The position numbers and the translations under genes are program-made. The notes under the pieces are model-generated. The model searched no databases, had not been told where the DNA came from, and saw only the letters and a list, made by a program, of their open reading frames with translations. From the human T2T-CHM13v2.0 reference genome, Homo sapiens, in the NCBI RefSeq assembly GCF_009914755.1, contig NC_060926.1: 64,000 bases of DNA; one strand, given 5' to 3'. Of this stretch, positions 16,121-33,879 are shown one piece after another (position 1 is the first letter of the stretch; every line of letters starts with the position of its first letter).

Positions 16121-16742
16121 GACTGCTTCTCTAGATTCTTCCTCTTTGGGTAGGGCTACTCTGAAAGAAAGGCACCCGCCCCAGGCAGGAGCTTATAGAT
16201 AAAACTCCTATCTCCCTTGGACAGTGCACCTAGGGGAAGGGGTGGCTGTGGGCACAGCTTCAGGGGACTTAAACATTCCTGCCTGCCAGCTCTGAAGAGA
16301 GCTGAAGATCTCCCAGCACAGTGCTTGAGTTCTGCTAAGGAACAGACTACCTCCTCAAGTGGGTGCTTGACCCCCATGACTCCTGACTGGGAGACTCCTC
16401 CCAGCAGTGGTCAACAGACACTTCCTAAAGGAGAGCTCCAGCTGGCATCTGGTGGATGCCCCTCTGGTGCACCCTCTGGCAGGTGCCGCCCTCTGTTCAA
16501 GAGGAAAGAACAGGCAGCAATCTTTGCTTTTTGCAGCCTCCACTGGTAATACCCAGGTAAAAAGGGTCTGGAGTGGACCTCCAGCAAATTCCATCAGACC
16601 TGCAGCAGAGGGGCCTGACTGTTAGAAGGAAAGCTAACAAACAGAAGGGAATAGCATTGACATCAACAAAAAGGATGTCCACACAGAAACCTCATCTGAA
16701 GTTCACCAACATCAAATACCAAAGGTAGATAAATCCACGAAG

Positions 16743-17759
16743 GTGAGGAAAAACCAGCGCAAAAAGGCTGAAAATTCCGAAAACCAGACACCTCTTCTCC
16801 TCCAAAGGATCAAAAATACTCATCAGCAAGGGAACAAAACTGGAAAGAGAATGAGTTGATGAATTGACAGAAGTAGGCTTCAGAAGGTGGGTAATAACAA
16901 ACTCCTCCAAGCTAAAGGAGCATGTTCTAACCCAATGCAAGGAAGCTAAGACCTTGGTAAAATGTTGCAGGAACTTCTAACTAGAATAGCCAGTTTAGAG
17001 AAGAACATACATGACCTGATGTAGCTGAAAAACACAGCATGAGAACTTGGTGAAGCATATACAAGTATCAATAGCCGGATTGATCAGGTGGAAGAAAGGA
17101 TATCAGAGATTGAAGATCAACTTAATGAAATAAAGCACGAAGACAAGATTAGAGAAAAAATCATGAAAAGGAATGAACAAAGCCTCCAATATGGACTATG
17201 TGAAAAGACCACACCTACATTTAATTGGCATACTTGAAAGTGTCAGGGAGAATGAAACCAAGCTGGAAAATGCTCTTCAGAATATTATCCAGGAGAACTT
17301 CCCCAACCTAGCAAGACAGACCAATATTGAAATTCAGGAAATACAGAGAACGCCACAAAGAAACTCCTCGAGAAGAGCAACCCCAAGACACATAATCACC
17401 AGATTCACCAAGGCTGAAATGAAGGAAAAATTGTTAAGGGCAGCCAGAGAGAAAGGTCGGGTTACACAGAAATGGAAGCCCATCAGACTAACAGCAGATC
17501 TTTCTGCAGAAACTGTACAAGCCAGAAGAGAGTGAGGGCCAATATTCAACATCTTAAAGAAAAGAATTTTCAACCCAGAATTTCATATCCAGCCAAACTA
17601 AGCTTCCTAAGAAAAGGAGAAAGAAAATCCTTTACAGACAAGCAAATGCTGAGAGATTTTGTCACCACCAGGCTTACCTTACAAGAGCTGCTGAAGGAAG
17701 CATTAAACATGGAAAGGAAAACCCGGTACCGGCCACTGCAAAAACATAGCGAATTGTAA
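16743..17759 (+). pseudogene. ORF1: L1PA7 ORF1 remnant
   Basis: Start mutated to GTG (GTGAGGAAAAACCAGCGC); fragments DYVKRP..LLRAAREKG and YPAKLSF; multiple stops. Confidence 0.88.
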
Positions 17760-17822
17760 AGACCATCGACACTATGAAGAAACTACATCAACTATCAGGC
17801 AAAATAACCAGCTAGCATCATA

Positions 17823-21986
<4,164 letters not shown>

Positions 21987-22275
21987 ATAATGAGAGCACA
22001 TGGACACGGGAAGGGAACATCACACACCTGGACCTTCTGGGGAGTTGGGGGCTACTGAAGGGATAGCATTAGGAGAAATACCTAATGTAGATGATGGGTT
22101 AATGGGTACAGCAAACCACCATGGCACGTGTATACCTATGTAACAAACCTGCAACCTGCACGTTCTGCACATGTATCCTAGAACTTAAAGTATAATTAAA
22201 AAAAAAATAAACAAATAACATTAGCAAAAAAATACAGCAACAAAATGAAAAGCAAAAAAGGAGATGATAGCTTCA

Positions 22276-23050
22276 CGCATGTTATATCCCCTGCAGATTT
22301 TCCAATGGGACAAGATGTGGAGGTGAAAGACAAGGAGATTGGTGATCCTGACCCTGTGTAGGTATAAACTAATGTGTGTGTTTGTGTCTTAGTTTTTATC
22401 AAAACAGTTTTAAAGTTTTAAAAAATTAAAAATTTAAAAATAGAAAAATACGTATAGAATAAGAATACAAAGAAAGAAAATCCTTTTTGTAAGATGTACA
22501 ATGTGATTGTGTTTTAACTGAAGTGTTCTTATAAAAACTTCAAAAACCTTGAAAAAAACTTTAAAATTTTATACAGTAAAAATGTTACAGTAAGCTAAGG
22601 TTAATTTATTTTTGAAGAGAGAATTTTTTATAAATTTACTGTAGCCTAATATTACAGTGTACAGCAATGTCCTAGGGCTTCATATTCACTCACCATTTAT
22701 CCACTGACTCACCCAGAGCAACTTCCAGCCCTGCAAGTTCCCTTCATGGTAAGTATTCTGTACAGACATACCATTTTTTTATCTTTTAATACTATATTCA
22801 TACTATTTATACTATATGTTTAGGTACACAAATAGTTACCATTATGTTATCATTGCCTATAGTTTTTAGTAGAGTAACATGCTATACAGGTTTGTAGTCT
22901 AGTAGCACTAGGCTATGCCATATAGCTTTGGTGTGTAGTAGGCTATATAATGTAGGTTTGTGTAAGTACACTCTGTGATGTTCACACAATGACAAAATCT
23001 TCTAATGACACATTTCTCAGAACACATCTTTGATGTTAAGCGATGCATGA

Positions 23051-23053
<3 letters not shown>
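22276..23053. mobile_element. Tigger3b right part
   Basis: Resumes CGCATGTTAT..GGGACAAGATGTGGAGGTG and ends in the TIR GATGTTAAGCGATGCATGACT; the joined halves total about 1.2 kb. Confidence 0.85.
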
Positions 23054-23093
<40 letters not shown>

Positions 23094-23105
23094 CACACAC
23101 ATATA
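23051..23105. repeat. Compound (CT)n(TA)n(CA)n microsatellite
   Basis: Directly visible at the Tigger end. Confidence 0.9.
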
Positions 23106-23129
23106 TGACTATATAATGTCTACACACAT

Positions 23130-23570
23130 ATAAAACTGTCCTAACTGGAGTATTATTTGTGAGTAAAAAAATATAAACTAATAATGCCCATCACTAAGAA
23201 GCTAGTTAAATTGATAATAACATACGTATTTAATAAATATTACATAGTGTTTACAATAATAAGGTATATCTGCAAATAATGACATGAATATATATTGAAA
23301 ATACATGATGAGATGATAAAAGATCAATTCATAGAATTATATGCAGAGTATGTTTACATTTGCATAAAAAGATATCTATGTAAATACATAGGACTTATCT
23401 GCAGGGGTAGACAGCAAACCATTACCAGTGTTTTCCTCTGGAGAAATTGAGAGTATTTAAGTTGGAGTTGTGGTGAAAAAAGAGGCAAGAACAGGAGAAT
23501 AATTACTTTTTACTTCGTACCATCCTGTAGTGCTTCAATTTAACAAAAATATATTATCTTTTTAATAAAA
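23130..23570 (+). mobile_element. L1ME-like 3' end (right half)
   Basis: AATGCCCATCACTAAGAAGCTAGTTAAAT..ACCAGTGTTTTCCTCTGGAGA..AATAAAA. Confidence 0.5.
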
Positions 23571-23809
23571 ATTCAAATGCCTTACATTGGCTGTAACTTT
23601 TAAAAAACAGTATCTCCCTAGAATCTGAAAAATATGGACTGAGATTATTTCAAAGTAATTCACTTCTTACATTTAAAAAATTAAGCTGAATTTCACTCCA
23701 AATTCAAATTCTAATAAAATTTATGTTAAAATTAAGAATAAACGTTAAAATGATATGTGCACAATATTCTTACAACTTGTAGTTTATTCCTAACTTCTGA
23801 CACTCTTCC

Positions 23810-24110
<301 letters not shown>

Positions 24111-24700
24111 CCTTCCATCTTTTTTCAGAAGCTCCCTCCAATATCTGTGGCAATACTCCAAATCAAATCCATTATTTTTAGAATTCAGAAAGAATAATTT
24201 GAAGATTTGTAGATGGATGACTGAATATGTAGACAAGGTTAGGCAAGCCTGATGAAATACCTGTGCAAAAGAATTCAGTGTAAAGTATTTTATAGAAAAA
24301 TAGACTTGGGAAACCTCTTTCTGGAAACAAACAAGAAAAGTAATCAATTAAGCAAACAAGACCATTTCAATCAGTCATCTAGTTGGCAAACAGGTTTCTT
24401 CGTGTATTTTCGATGATGCTTAAGTGTACAAGGATTCACTGATTTTTCTGAGTTTAACAGATTTAATTCTTGATTTCCTGTGCTTACTCTTTTGTCCAGG
24501 CCAATTATGAAGAGAAACCAACCAAAGATGAAAGGTTAGGTCTGGAAGTTAACGTACTTTTAAGAACAAACCAACCAAACAAAAAACATCATTTCAGTTA
24601 ATAGTAAACAATAAATTGGAGCAGACATCTCAAAATCCTGCCAGTTGCAACCAGAATTTCTTCCCGAGTTCTGGAAGTGGTTGAGACTCGTAGGAGAATT

Positions 24701-24850
24701 CAAATGATTCTATGTAGAACCTGCATGCGGCTTCCAATACAGCAAGCTTTATATGTGCGACAGTACTCACAAAATGTGAACATTTGTTGGGAAAATCAAT
24801 CTTAGAATTTTTAAAATAATAAATATTTGTAAATAATTACAATCATAAAT
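24701..24850 (+). repeat. 150-bp dispersed direct repeat, copy 1
   Basis: Ungapped match to 26233-26382; 22 mismatches by hand count (about 85% identity). Confidence 0.9.
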
Positions 24851-24968
24851 GTGCAACAAGCTATCAATTTTTCTTCCTTTTTTCCTTTTTTTGCCACTCA
24901 TTTAAAAAAAATGTACCTTTTCAAGTTGCAGGTAGCAACTAATAAAGCTGATGACATGAAAATGTCAC

Positions 24969-25345
24969 TGTTATGGAATGAATTGTATCCCCTCAAAGTC
25001 CTTAGTGTGAAGTACTTAGAATGTACTTAACAAACTATATTTGGAAACAGGACATTTAAAGAGATAATTAAGTTAAAAAGAGGCTCTTAAAGTGGGCCCC
25101 CAAGCAATCTGACTTGTGTCTTATAAGAAAAGGAGATTAGGAAAAGAAAAAGAGACACCAGAAACACATGCACCAAAAAAGACAGTGTGAGGACACAGCA
25201 AGAAGGCGGCCATCTGCAAGCCAAGGAGGGAGGCCTCAGAATGGGCTTGGACTTCTAGGCTCCAAAAGTGTGAGAACATAAGCTTCTGTTGTTTAAGCCA
25301 CCCCATCCATGATATTTTGCTGCAGCAGTGGAGCAAACGAATATA
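24969..25345 (+). mobile_element. MLT1A/B-type MaLR solo LTR
   Basis: TGTTATGGAATGAATTGTATCCCC..GCCATCTGCAAGCCAAGGA..TGTTGTTTAAGCCACC..AATATA; perfect 5-bp TSD GTCAC (24964-24968 / 25346-25350). Confidence 0.9.
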
Positions 25346-26232
25346 GTCACAGAAATCTCAGGGTCTTTAGGAAGAATTCTAATTATGAGTCAGAGGGTGC
25401 AATGTACTTCTGTGTAAATGCCTAAGCATAAAATGCATTTTAGAAGAAGATTTTTAAGGCAGTACAAGTGTTAAGAGAACAAGCCTGACTTGATACCCAG
25501 TGCTCTCTCGAAGGAAATGGGAAGCAATCCATTGTGAGGAGAATACCAGGGCATGAGGGCGAGGATACTTCAGCTTACAGACCCGAGTGTCCTGGGTATG
25601 CACCCCCCATGCCCAGAGCCCCTGCGCAGAGAAAAGGCTAAGCCCAGCTACCTCCACAGAGAAGGCCAGAGCCAATAATTCCAAAGGACACAAATGTATA
25701 AATAACTCAGCAAAGTCCCCTTAATGTGATATTTTCTAATTATAATTTCCAACATGAAGGCTGCACACAATGTCAAGGTCTGAGATTTAATATTCACAGA
25801 AAGCATCTGAGAAATAAGTAGCATGTTTTCTCATCTAGCCTGTTCCTAAGCAGCTTATAGTTTTGGTATCTGACATTCTCAAGTTCAAAGCTAAAACCAG
25901 ATCAAAATTTTCATTGTATTAAATGACCTCAATCATCATAATCCTGGCAGATTTTAAATATATCAATCTCTTCTGAGTAGCTTCCCCCGACCAACACTAG
26001 AACCTTAATCATCTATAAAACTAAACTGAGAGGTGAACAAATTACTTAGAAACGACACTGGAGGTAGAAGACTAAAGGAGAAGCCAGGCATGGGTTAACC
26101 CATGAAGCAGGACTGCATAGCAGGATTTAGTCAACTGCTGGAGAATGTCTGCATCGAACACTACTTGTCTAATTTATCTCTTGGTCCATTTTATATGGAG
26201 GCTATGTCCACCAGCCCTGGTGCAAATGCTTA

Positions 26233-26382
26233 CAAATGATTCTGTGTAGAACTTGCATGCAGCTTCCAGTACAGCAAGCTCTCTATCTGCAGCAGTACTC
26301 ACACCATTTGAACATCTGTCAGGAAAATCAGTCTCAAAATTCTTTAAATAATAAATACTTGTAAATAATTACCATCATAAAT
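26233..26382 (+). repeat. 150-bp dispersed direct repeat, copy 2
   Basis: See 24701-24850. Confidence 0.9.
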
Positions 26383-26679
26383 TTCAAAGATTTCAAAGAT
26401 TTTGATTGAGTTCTGAGTAGGGAAGGAATGATAAAATCAGAGAAATATGGCTATAAGTTGCTTTTGGAATAATGAAGGGTTTCCATTAGTCAAGGCACTT
26501 CTGTGCTACCATGAGCAATGCAAATTGTCTCTTTATAAACACACATCCTATGCAGAGTACCACAAAGTAGAACCAGTATGCATTATCAGCAATTGGAGTG
26601 ATGTTGGTAAAGTTGTGGTTGTGGTGTGGGTTGGGAGATGATTCTGGAACTTTAGTCTGCCTGACTCTTTAAGGAAATC

Positions 26680-26855
26680 TAAATTTATTGAGCACTTTCC
26701 ATGTGCCAACGCCTGTGATAAGCACTATGTATATTGCCTGATTTAGACATTCAATGAGGAAATGAGCTCAGCAAACTTGGATAATTCATCCCGGATGACC
26801 TATCTAGGAAGTCGTGAATCCAGAAACTGCACCCAGGTCTATTTGCTCCAATGTG
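26680..26855 (-). mobile_element. MIR
   Basis: ATTTATTGAGCACTT..ATGAGGAAATGAGCTCAG..CCCAGGTCT, antisense MIR. Confidence 0.65.
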
Positions 26856-27104
26856 TCCTCTCTTGAGTATTTTACTATATTTTTGTCTTGTTACTATGAT
26901 CATTCAATTTATTTTAAAAATTCAACATGGTTAGAAAAGAAAGCATAGATACACGTGAGAAGGTGAAACATGAACTCTACTGCCAGCATATAGGTGAGGT
27001 AACTTAGAAGAGTGGAAGGTTGCTCACCTGTACTGACAAGAGAGGTGGCCAAAGAAAATGGAGCCATGAGGACAGACGGACAGCAGCATTGAAGGGAAAC
27101 TGAT

Positions 27105-27555
27105 TACCTCACTCATCTCTTTACCTCCACTTGTCTACCTGCTCATCTCCACTAATGCCAGCCTCCTCATTCAGGATCAAATATGTTGATCATGCTCTCA
27201 CTTCAGGCCCTTTGTCCTTGCTGGTCCCATTGCCTGAATCATTCTTCCCCTAGACAGTCTCAGTGCTCTTTTTCTTGCCTCCTGCAGATCTTTGCTCAAA
27301 TGGTAGCTTCTCCCAGGGCATTATTTGACATTGTATCCCTCTGGCATTCCCAGTCCCTCATTCCTGGCTCATTATATACAATATGTTTATTTTAAAACAT
27401 CTATTTCTCCCAACATAATTAAAGCCTCTTTGAGGACAGGGATGTTTGTTTGTTATTTTGAATGTTTTATCCTTAGCACCAAGCACATTGTCTGACATAT
27501 GGTTGGTCTGACATCTGCCCTCAGTAAATATTTACTAAATAAATTCACTAATCAA
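27105..27555 (+). mobile_element. L2 3' region
   Basis: CTTCAGGCCCTTTG..TCTTTGCTCAAATG..TGAGGACAGGGA..CTCAGTAAATATTTACTAAATAAAT. Confidence 0.75.
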
Positions 27556-27567
27556 CAAATATCACAA

Positions 27568-27624
27568 AAATAATTCTTATGCCAAAGTGACATATTTTGG
27601 GGTGGCATACCCTGATCCCTTTCA
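27568..27624 (-). mobile_element. Short 5' fragment of a MER34/MER39-group ERV1 LTR
   Basis: Minus strand TGAAAGGGATCAGGGTATGCCACCCCAAAATATGTCACTTTGGCATAAGAATTATT. Confidence 0.55.
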
Positions 27625-28977
27625 GCTCCTTCCCCCATACTAAGCAAAGGTTACTGTTCTATATGGCTGCAAAAACATCAGCCAGTGTAAAAGCAGTCAT
27701 TCTATAGGCAAGCAGGCACATTCCTAGTATTCTTTAAGGTGGAAGTCATTCACTAGAGCTGACAAATCTTTGATTCTTTGAACTGGGGAATAATTGTTTT
27801 GGTTTCTAAGTCCTGCTTGGGTTGAGCAAACACATACCTGGCTCATTATCAATAACCTTCTTAGTTAGGCAAATAGGTGACAATGTCAATAGGAATTTCA
27901 AAAATATGTGTGCTGGCAAAATAAACTCTGCCTTTGGAAACATCATCACAATTTAACTGGTTCTAAGTTACTCAGGCAGCCTAGGTCATTGTGTGCCAAT
28001 GCACTGAAATTGCCCTTTAACAAAACTGGCATTGGCAGCTAGCAGTCAAAATTGAAATGTTTCAGCCAACAGAGCTGCTTTGGAATCTTTCCCACATACC
28101 AATAAATCTCTTGATCTTGGGAAAACATTTCCCGATATTCAGGAACTTTTCTATTGTTCGTTGCAACTTTCCCCAGAGGACACATAAGGCTTTCCTAGGC
28201 CTTTGGACACCCACATAACCTTCATATACTAAGTGCTCAGGTCAGAAGTAAGCAACATTCACTGGGGGCTGTGATTTGAACACTAACTTTCTGCTTTTTT
28301 AAAATGTAAGGGGTGAAGAAAGGGCCTGAGAATTTCTCTGCATTGAGGTGAAGTCTCGTGTATGGAGTTCGAGTCTGCTCTGTCTTCATAGCGACGTCAC
28401 TATAACATTGTCCCTAATGCACTCTCAGTGAGGAGCTAACTGCTACTGAAAGTTTCAAATTTTATGTAAAAATAAATCTGTGATAATCACCTTTCTCCTG
28501 TTAACCAGCTTATTGTTGAAGTTAAGCATTCTTGAAGACACACACATTTGGTAATCTAATGTATGATCAGATTTTGGTGCTCTAAACAAATCATCTTTCC
28601 CACAGTATGTTCCTTAAACATTAACTCTATAAGGTCTCATAAAAAGGAAAGTTTTCTAAGACTAAGTGACTTATGAAATTCTGTATCTAATCCTCTTTTG
28701 TAGAGTTGTCATATATATTGGTGACCTGAAAAGGGCTACAAAGACTAAATCTGTTTCACTTGGCTTATTCCAGAATTTGCCAAATTTGACTGTAATTCCC
28801 CTTTTCTTCTGTTAGATCTAGTGACATTCTGCAGAACTAGCAAGCATTCTAGGAAACTCAACTTTGACAACACTATTCTAAATACAGCAAACACAATCAA
28901 ATGTTGTTCAGAAGTCAGAGTTCTTAAAACTTCAGCCTTTGGTTTTTCGGCAGTCTCCATATGGGATTATTTTAGAA

Positions 28978-29206
28978 TAGGGGTCTTCAAACTTCTTCTG
29001 TAAAGGGACACATAGTAAATATGTTAGACGCTTTACAAGACACATAGTCTCTGTCCTTTGCAACTAGCTACTCAACTGTGCCAATGTATGAAATTAGCCA
29101 CAGATAATATGTAAACAAATGAGTGGCTGTGTTCAAACAAAACTTTATTATCAAAAACAAGCCACAGACTCAATTTGAGCCATAGGTTGTAGTTTGCAAA
29201 CCTCTG
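28978..29206 (+). mobile_element. MER58A (hAT-Charlie MITE)
   Basis: TAGGGGTCTTCAAACTTCTTCTGTAAAGGG..GTAGTTTGCAAACCTCTG; 8-bp TSD TTTTAGAA / TTTTAGAG. Confidence 0.85.
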
Positions 29207-29226
29207 TTTTAGAGTGGGGCAACCAC

Positions 29227-29467
29227 CTCTCATTCATATCTAATACCTAATCAGTTATCTAATTCATATCTAATATCTAATTCATATCTAGTATCATATC
29301 TAGTATCTCTCATTCATATCTAATACCTCTCATTTATATCTAATACCTAATCAGTTATCTAATTCATATCTAATATCTAATTCATATCTAATATCTAATC
29401 AGTTATCTAATACCTTAAGTTATCTAATATTATACCTAATATCTAATCAGTTATCTAATACCTTAAG
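29227..29467. repeat. AT-rich compound tandem repeat built on (C)ATATCTAA / TCAGTTATCTAA modules
   Basis: Repeated CTCTCATTCATATCTAATACC and TAATCAGTTATCTAA blocks. Confidence 0.85.
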
Positions 29468-31106
29468 GGTACATGTAAGATTAAAAAGAAGGTCACTGTG
29501 ACTTTGTTCGGCAGCCAAACTTGGCCAACCTTAACTTTTAAAAGACTGGAGCATAGTTCACTTAGGTCAGTATATAAAATCCATCTCATGTTAATCACAA
29601 CCAAGATGAACCAGCATCCTCAGAGAAGATCCATAACTTGTCTGTCGTTTGAAACTAAGAGAACAAGATACAGGTAAGTGCCCCACTGCTTTGATAATTT
29701 GCTTTAAAGCAAATGGCCAACTTTAAATGGCAAACTAGGAATTTCCCAGTAAAAAGCAAGTTGATTTACCAGCAGTACTCCAAACTTCCTTTTGGAGGTT
29801 AAGTAAAACAGGGAGGTTCTTAGAAAAGGAAATCTGCCTTAAGTACTAGAAAATTCCAAACTCATAATTATTTTAAGTCAAGCCCTATTGCAGAATCAAC
29901 AGTCTCCATTATGCACAAGGGACCACCCACCAGAAGAGCATCCAAAGATAATAATCTATGAGAAAGGAGACCACAAAAATGCGGATACTGAATTTCTGGC
30001 AGGACCTTGGAGCTTATGTTTAAAGAAGTGATTGTCCCTTAGATACCAAGGCCATTTCTCTAGCTTTATGCTGGCAAGTTTTCTATTTATTGATGCTTTA
30101 TCTTTGTGTGACTCTTTTTGTTAACCCTTTCCAATGCAAGTATTTTGGTTCCCCTGCAGTATCAACAAAAAAAAAATACATATTTTTGAAAAGCTTTATT
30201 TTTATTTTTGTTGAAAAGCTTTATAAAAAGCTTCTAGATTAATAGAATAATAGGATTTTAGCACTGGAAGGAATCTAAAAATACCTAATCTAACTACCTT
30301 GAAAAGATCAACGAGGGATCTTGTCTGAGATACCAGATGATCATCCACGACTATCCATGAGATCCAGGTTTCCTGGGTCATGCTGAAGGCTGTTCAGAGG
30401 ACAGATTCTCAGAGTTGACATTCTAGACCTGTGAAGGTTCCTTGTCAGGTTCTTGACTGGGTTTCTTTTCTCAGAATAAATGACATGTGCAACATCCCAA
30501 GGTAGGAAATGTTACAGAATACAAGCACATTTGTTTCTACTTTGTTATAAATCATATGCACACTTTGAAAATAGTTAAATGCTTAGTGCCTAGGATACAT
30601 GCATTCTCAAGTAGCAGGAGCATTTTGGCTAATACTCAACTGGGAAAGAAAATCTGGCTGTGCCTGCAAAACTAATGGTCTGTACATCTTCTGCATAAGT
30701 TGGTGTGCATTGTGAAGAGATAGTGCTATTGAGAACTTGGGAAGAGTAAGTTTTGAGGGCAGTTCCCTGGAGGAGAAACAGGAAGTACAGAGGTTTATAT
30801 TTGTCTCCTTCTGCTTAGATCAACTAGACTAATGCATGAGCTTTCTGCAGGTAGAGGCCAAGAGGATTTTTTCACAAAAGCCTTTATAAAATTTGGGCTA
30901 ACTGTGCTAACTTGAGGTCCAGAATTAGGGAAAATGGCTTTCTTTCATCTTATCTTCAGCATTGTGAAAGTTCAAGAGAACTCAGTGCATTTGGAGACTT
31001 GAGGGTTTTACAAGCCTTGGTAGCCAAAGGAGATGGCAGGCAGAAAAGCTGTTTTTCATAGAGTTGTTGGCAGCTGTGAAGTGTCCACTCAACTAAGCTT
31101 GAAGCA

Positions 31107-31561
31107 TGCAGGGGAGGAAAAAAATGTCTTTTCTTTCAATCTTAAGGTCATAGCTGAAACTCCCATAAGAAAAGACAGATTGACAAGTGAGAAGCATATA
31201 GATTTACTTAATAGAAGCTTTCTGTGACATTGGAGACTTCAGAGATGAAAACACAAAGAAACAGGGAAACATAAGGTTTGATGAAGAGTGGACAGTCATG
31301 GAGAAATATGATAAGACAGAAGGGTATGGGAAAAAACTAAGGGCATCATAGCAAGGCCTGTTTGTTCAGATTCTCCTCTGTCTTCAGGATAAGGATGCAC
31401 GTTTCCTCTGGGTATAGGGAGGGCACCCTCTATTGAGGGTCTTATGACCTGCTTTAGGGAAGAAAAAGGATGAAAGGAAGGTGAGAGTGGCCTTCCTGCT
31501 TCTGCTATTTCCTCAAAAGCTGAGTTGCCATATTTTGGAATAGTGTGTCCTGAACCCATCA
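31107..31561 (-). mobile_element. ERV1 solo LTR, MER34/MER39 group
   Basis: Minus strand TGATGGGTTCAGGACACACTATTCCAAAATATGGC..AGCAGGTCATAAGACCCTC..GAATCTGAACAAACAGGCCTTGCTA..CCCTGCA with TG...CA ends. Confidence 0.75.
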
Positions 31562-32939
31562 GGAAGCCAGCATCTAGAGTCCCTGTGGCCTTGTGGGAGA
31601 TCTGTCCTTGGGGCAGAGCACCAGGGGATTTGGGAAGGAGAGGGCTCTAAGGCCAGCCTACATTATACACTTGGGGATGAGGTGCCAGCAGCACTGGAAC
31701 AGTCATATCTATGGGTTCCTATTTTTAGCCACAGACTACAGAATTCTGGGAAAGTTTTGGTTATACTTGGCAATATTAAGATTTAAACTCCACAAAGGAG
31801 TTTTAAAATACTTTACCCAAACAAAAGAGAAATTTTAACTTTCTGCAAGTCACGATTCATGTACTGTTGTTAAGCAACCACTAAAAAAGAAAAAAAGAAA
31901 TAAAGGGAAAAACCCACTGAATTTAAAACTAAGTATCTTAATGAAAACAGTCTACGGAAGGTGTGTTTTGTCTGCTTTCATGTGTTCGTTCTGTAGAGCA
32001 AATAACCTGCGGTTAATGTTCCTCTTCTCATTTGGATGCTAAGACACCCTCCCCATCAACAAACACCAAAAGCTTTGTACTAAAGGCAACATGGCCTGTC
32101 TATGGTGTTTATAGCACAGGACATTAATTAAAATATAGAGAAACATTGCTTCACCCAACCAATACAAGAACATTAAATTCCAGCAATTCAGAACAACATC
32201 ACTTTAAATAGTATATGCAAATTAAGGATATTGTGTGTTTTTATTTTAATTGCAAGAGGTAGAGTCTTTTGGTAAAGTGACATTTTGAAATGGTTCTTCT
32301 GTTAAATGCTCAAGAGATTTCTTTTCAAAGTGAATAATCATGCTTTGCCCAGGTGGTGAATCTCTACACCCACTAGACTTTTATATACTCCGTTGTTTTT
32401 GCCCACTCACTCAGCCACCCACCTACCTGGAGTGGCTCTTCCTCCAAATATTCATGACACCCCGTGGGGCACTGAGAGGTTATTATGGCCATCCTTGGCC
32501 TCGCCTCCCAAATGAAGAACGTTCCCGGCTGAATTGCTCTTTCCGTATTTCCATCTACAGCTCATGCTTATTAGAGTGCACACCCTGCCCTCAGTATTAC
32601 ATCAATTTCTGGAGCTGTGTGTGATCTGGAGGTGGCTGACTGGGTATCTGTCATGTGATACGTCTAAGTGTTTCAACCCCGATGGCAGTCTTCCAGCAGC
32701 TGGGATTAACTTTCACATTTTGAAGATCAGTTTTCAAAGGTGGAAACCATGGGTGTGCCCACAGCACTACCACATTTCTCATGCTCATAGAAACCCGGGC
32801 TTGCCTAAGCCATAAACCCTAACAGTAATGAAAATGCCACACATTCCAAGCCTGTCATCATTCCCCAGCTTTGATTATGCAATTGTAGCCTATGACTGGC
32901 CTCAACCATCCTGTCCATCAAAGGACTACTACCCACCAT

Positions 32940-33378
32940 ACTTTGAGTAGCCACATGCATCTCTACCTCCCTTTTGGCTTTCGGTCACATTATCAGTTGA
33001 ACTAAAATGTTCTTCCCAGCTTCTATGTACCCACATTCCATGGTCCCTTCAAGCCCTAATTCCAGATCTACTTCCTCTGTGAGTTCTCTCCTAAATATGC
33101 CACCCACCGGGGTCCCACCTTCCTAGAACTTCCTCGCACTTACTTTCTCGATGCAGAGTTGCCTACATTCCCATTTTGCTTGATTACTTGTTTATTTTTC
33201 ACTCTTGCACTTTTATGTAGCCTTTCTTGTGATTATGGTTTATGTTCACTGTTGTAAAACAGTTGGTTTATGTTTTACTCTTCAGGTTTTGCTAATTACC
33301 TTATCTCATTCTGTTAATCAGAACACTTAGTACGGATTTGGGCACAGAGTAGGTGGTCAGTGAACATAGTTCACTGGA
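32940..33378 (+). mobile_element. L2 3' region, diverged
   Basis: CCCTTCAAG..ACTTCCTCTGTGAG..GGCACAGAGTAGGTGGTCAGTGAACA. Confidence 0.55.
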
Positions 33379-33879
33379 AAGACAGTCTCTGTATTTCCAC
33401 TAGGAGGCTAGAAAGAAAAAACAAAATCTAGATGTTCCTTTTGTAAAATTTGTTGATTCCTCAGAATTAATTACTACTTTAATATCACACGACACAAATG
33501 GATCAAATTCATTTAATCCTAATCTAGTAATTAATTCCTCCAGCAAATAATGTGCCAAGTATGACATTACTGAATTGCAGAGTTTTGATGATAGAGTGCA
33601 CATCCCAGTTTTTACTTCTCTTAATCATAAACAGTTGCTTAACTGTTTTAAGCCACAGTTTTTCTCCCTCTCCATCTCTCTCTTTCTGTTTGTGTATTTA
33701 CTAGAAATTTAAATTATCCGATAAAGATATAAATCATAGCGTTTTAAAAATAGCATTTTACAAACAACAAAGAAACATTTTTTGAATCAATTTTCTACAC
33801 TAGGCTTTATGGAGGTACAAACATGAGAATTTAAAAAATTAGTGAATTCAAGGAAATTCTTGTGAATTAAGAATTTTTT

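Noticed and set aside
16121-16200. Spliced L1 (SpIRE) explanation for the missing L1PA7 5' end
   Set aside because: No L1 first-exon sequence precedes it and the TSD abuts directly, so it is a simple 5' truncation.
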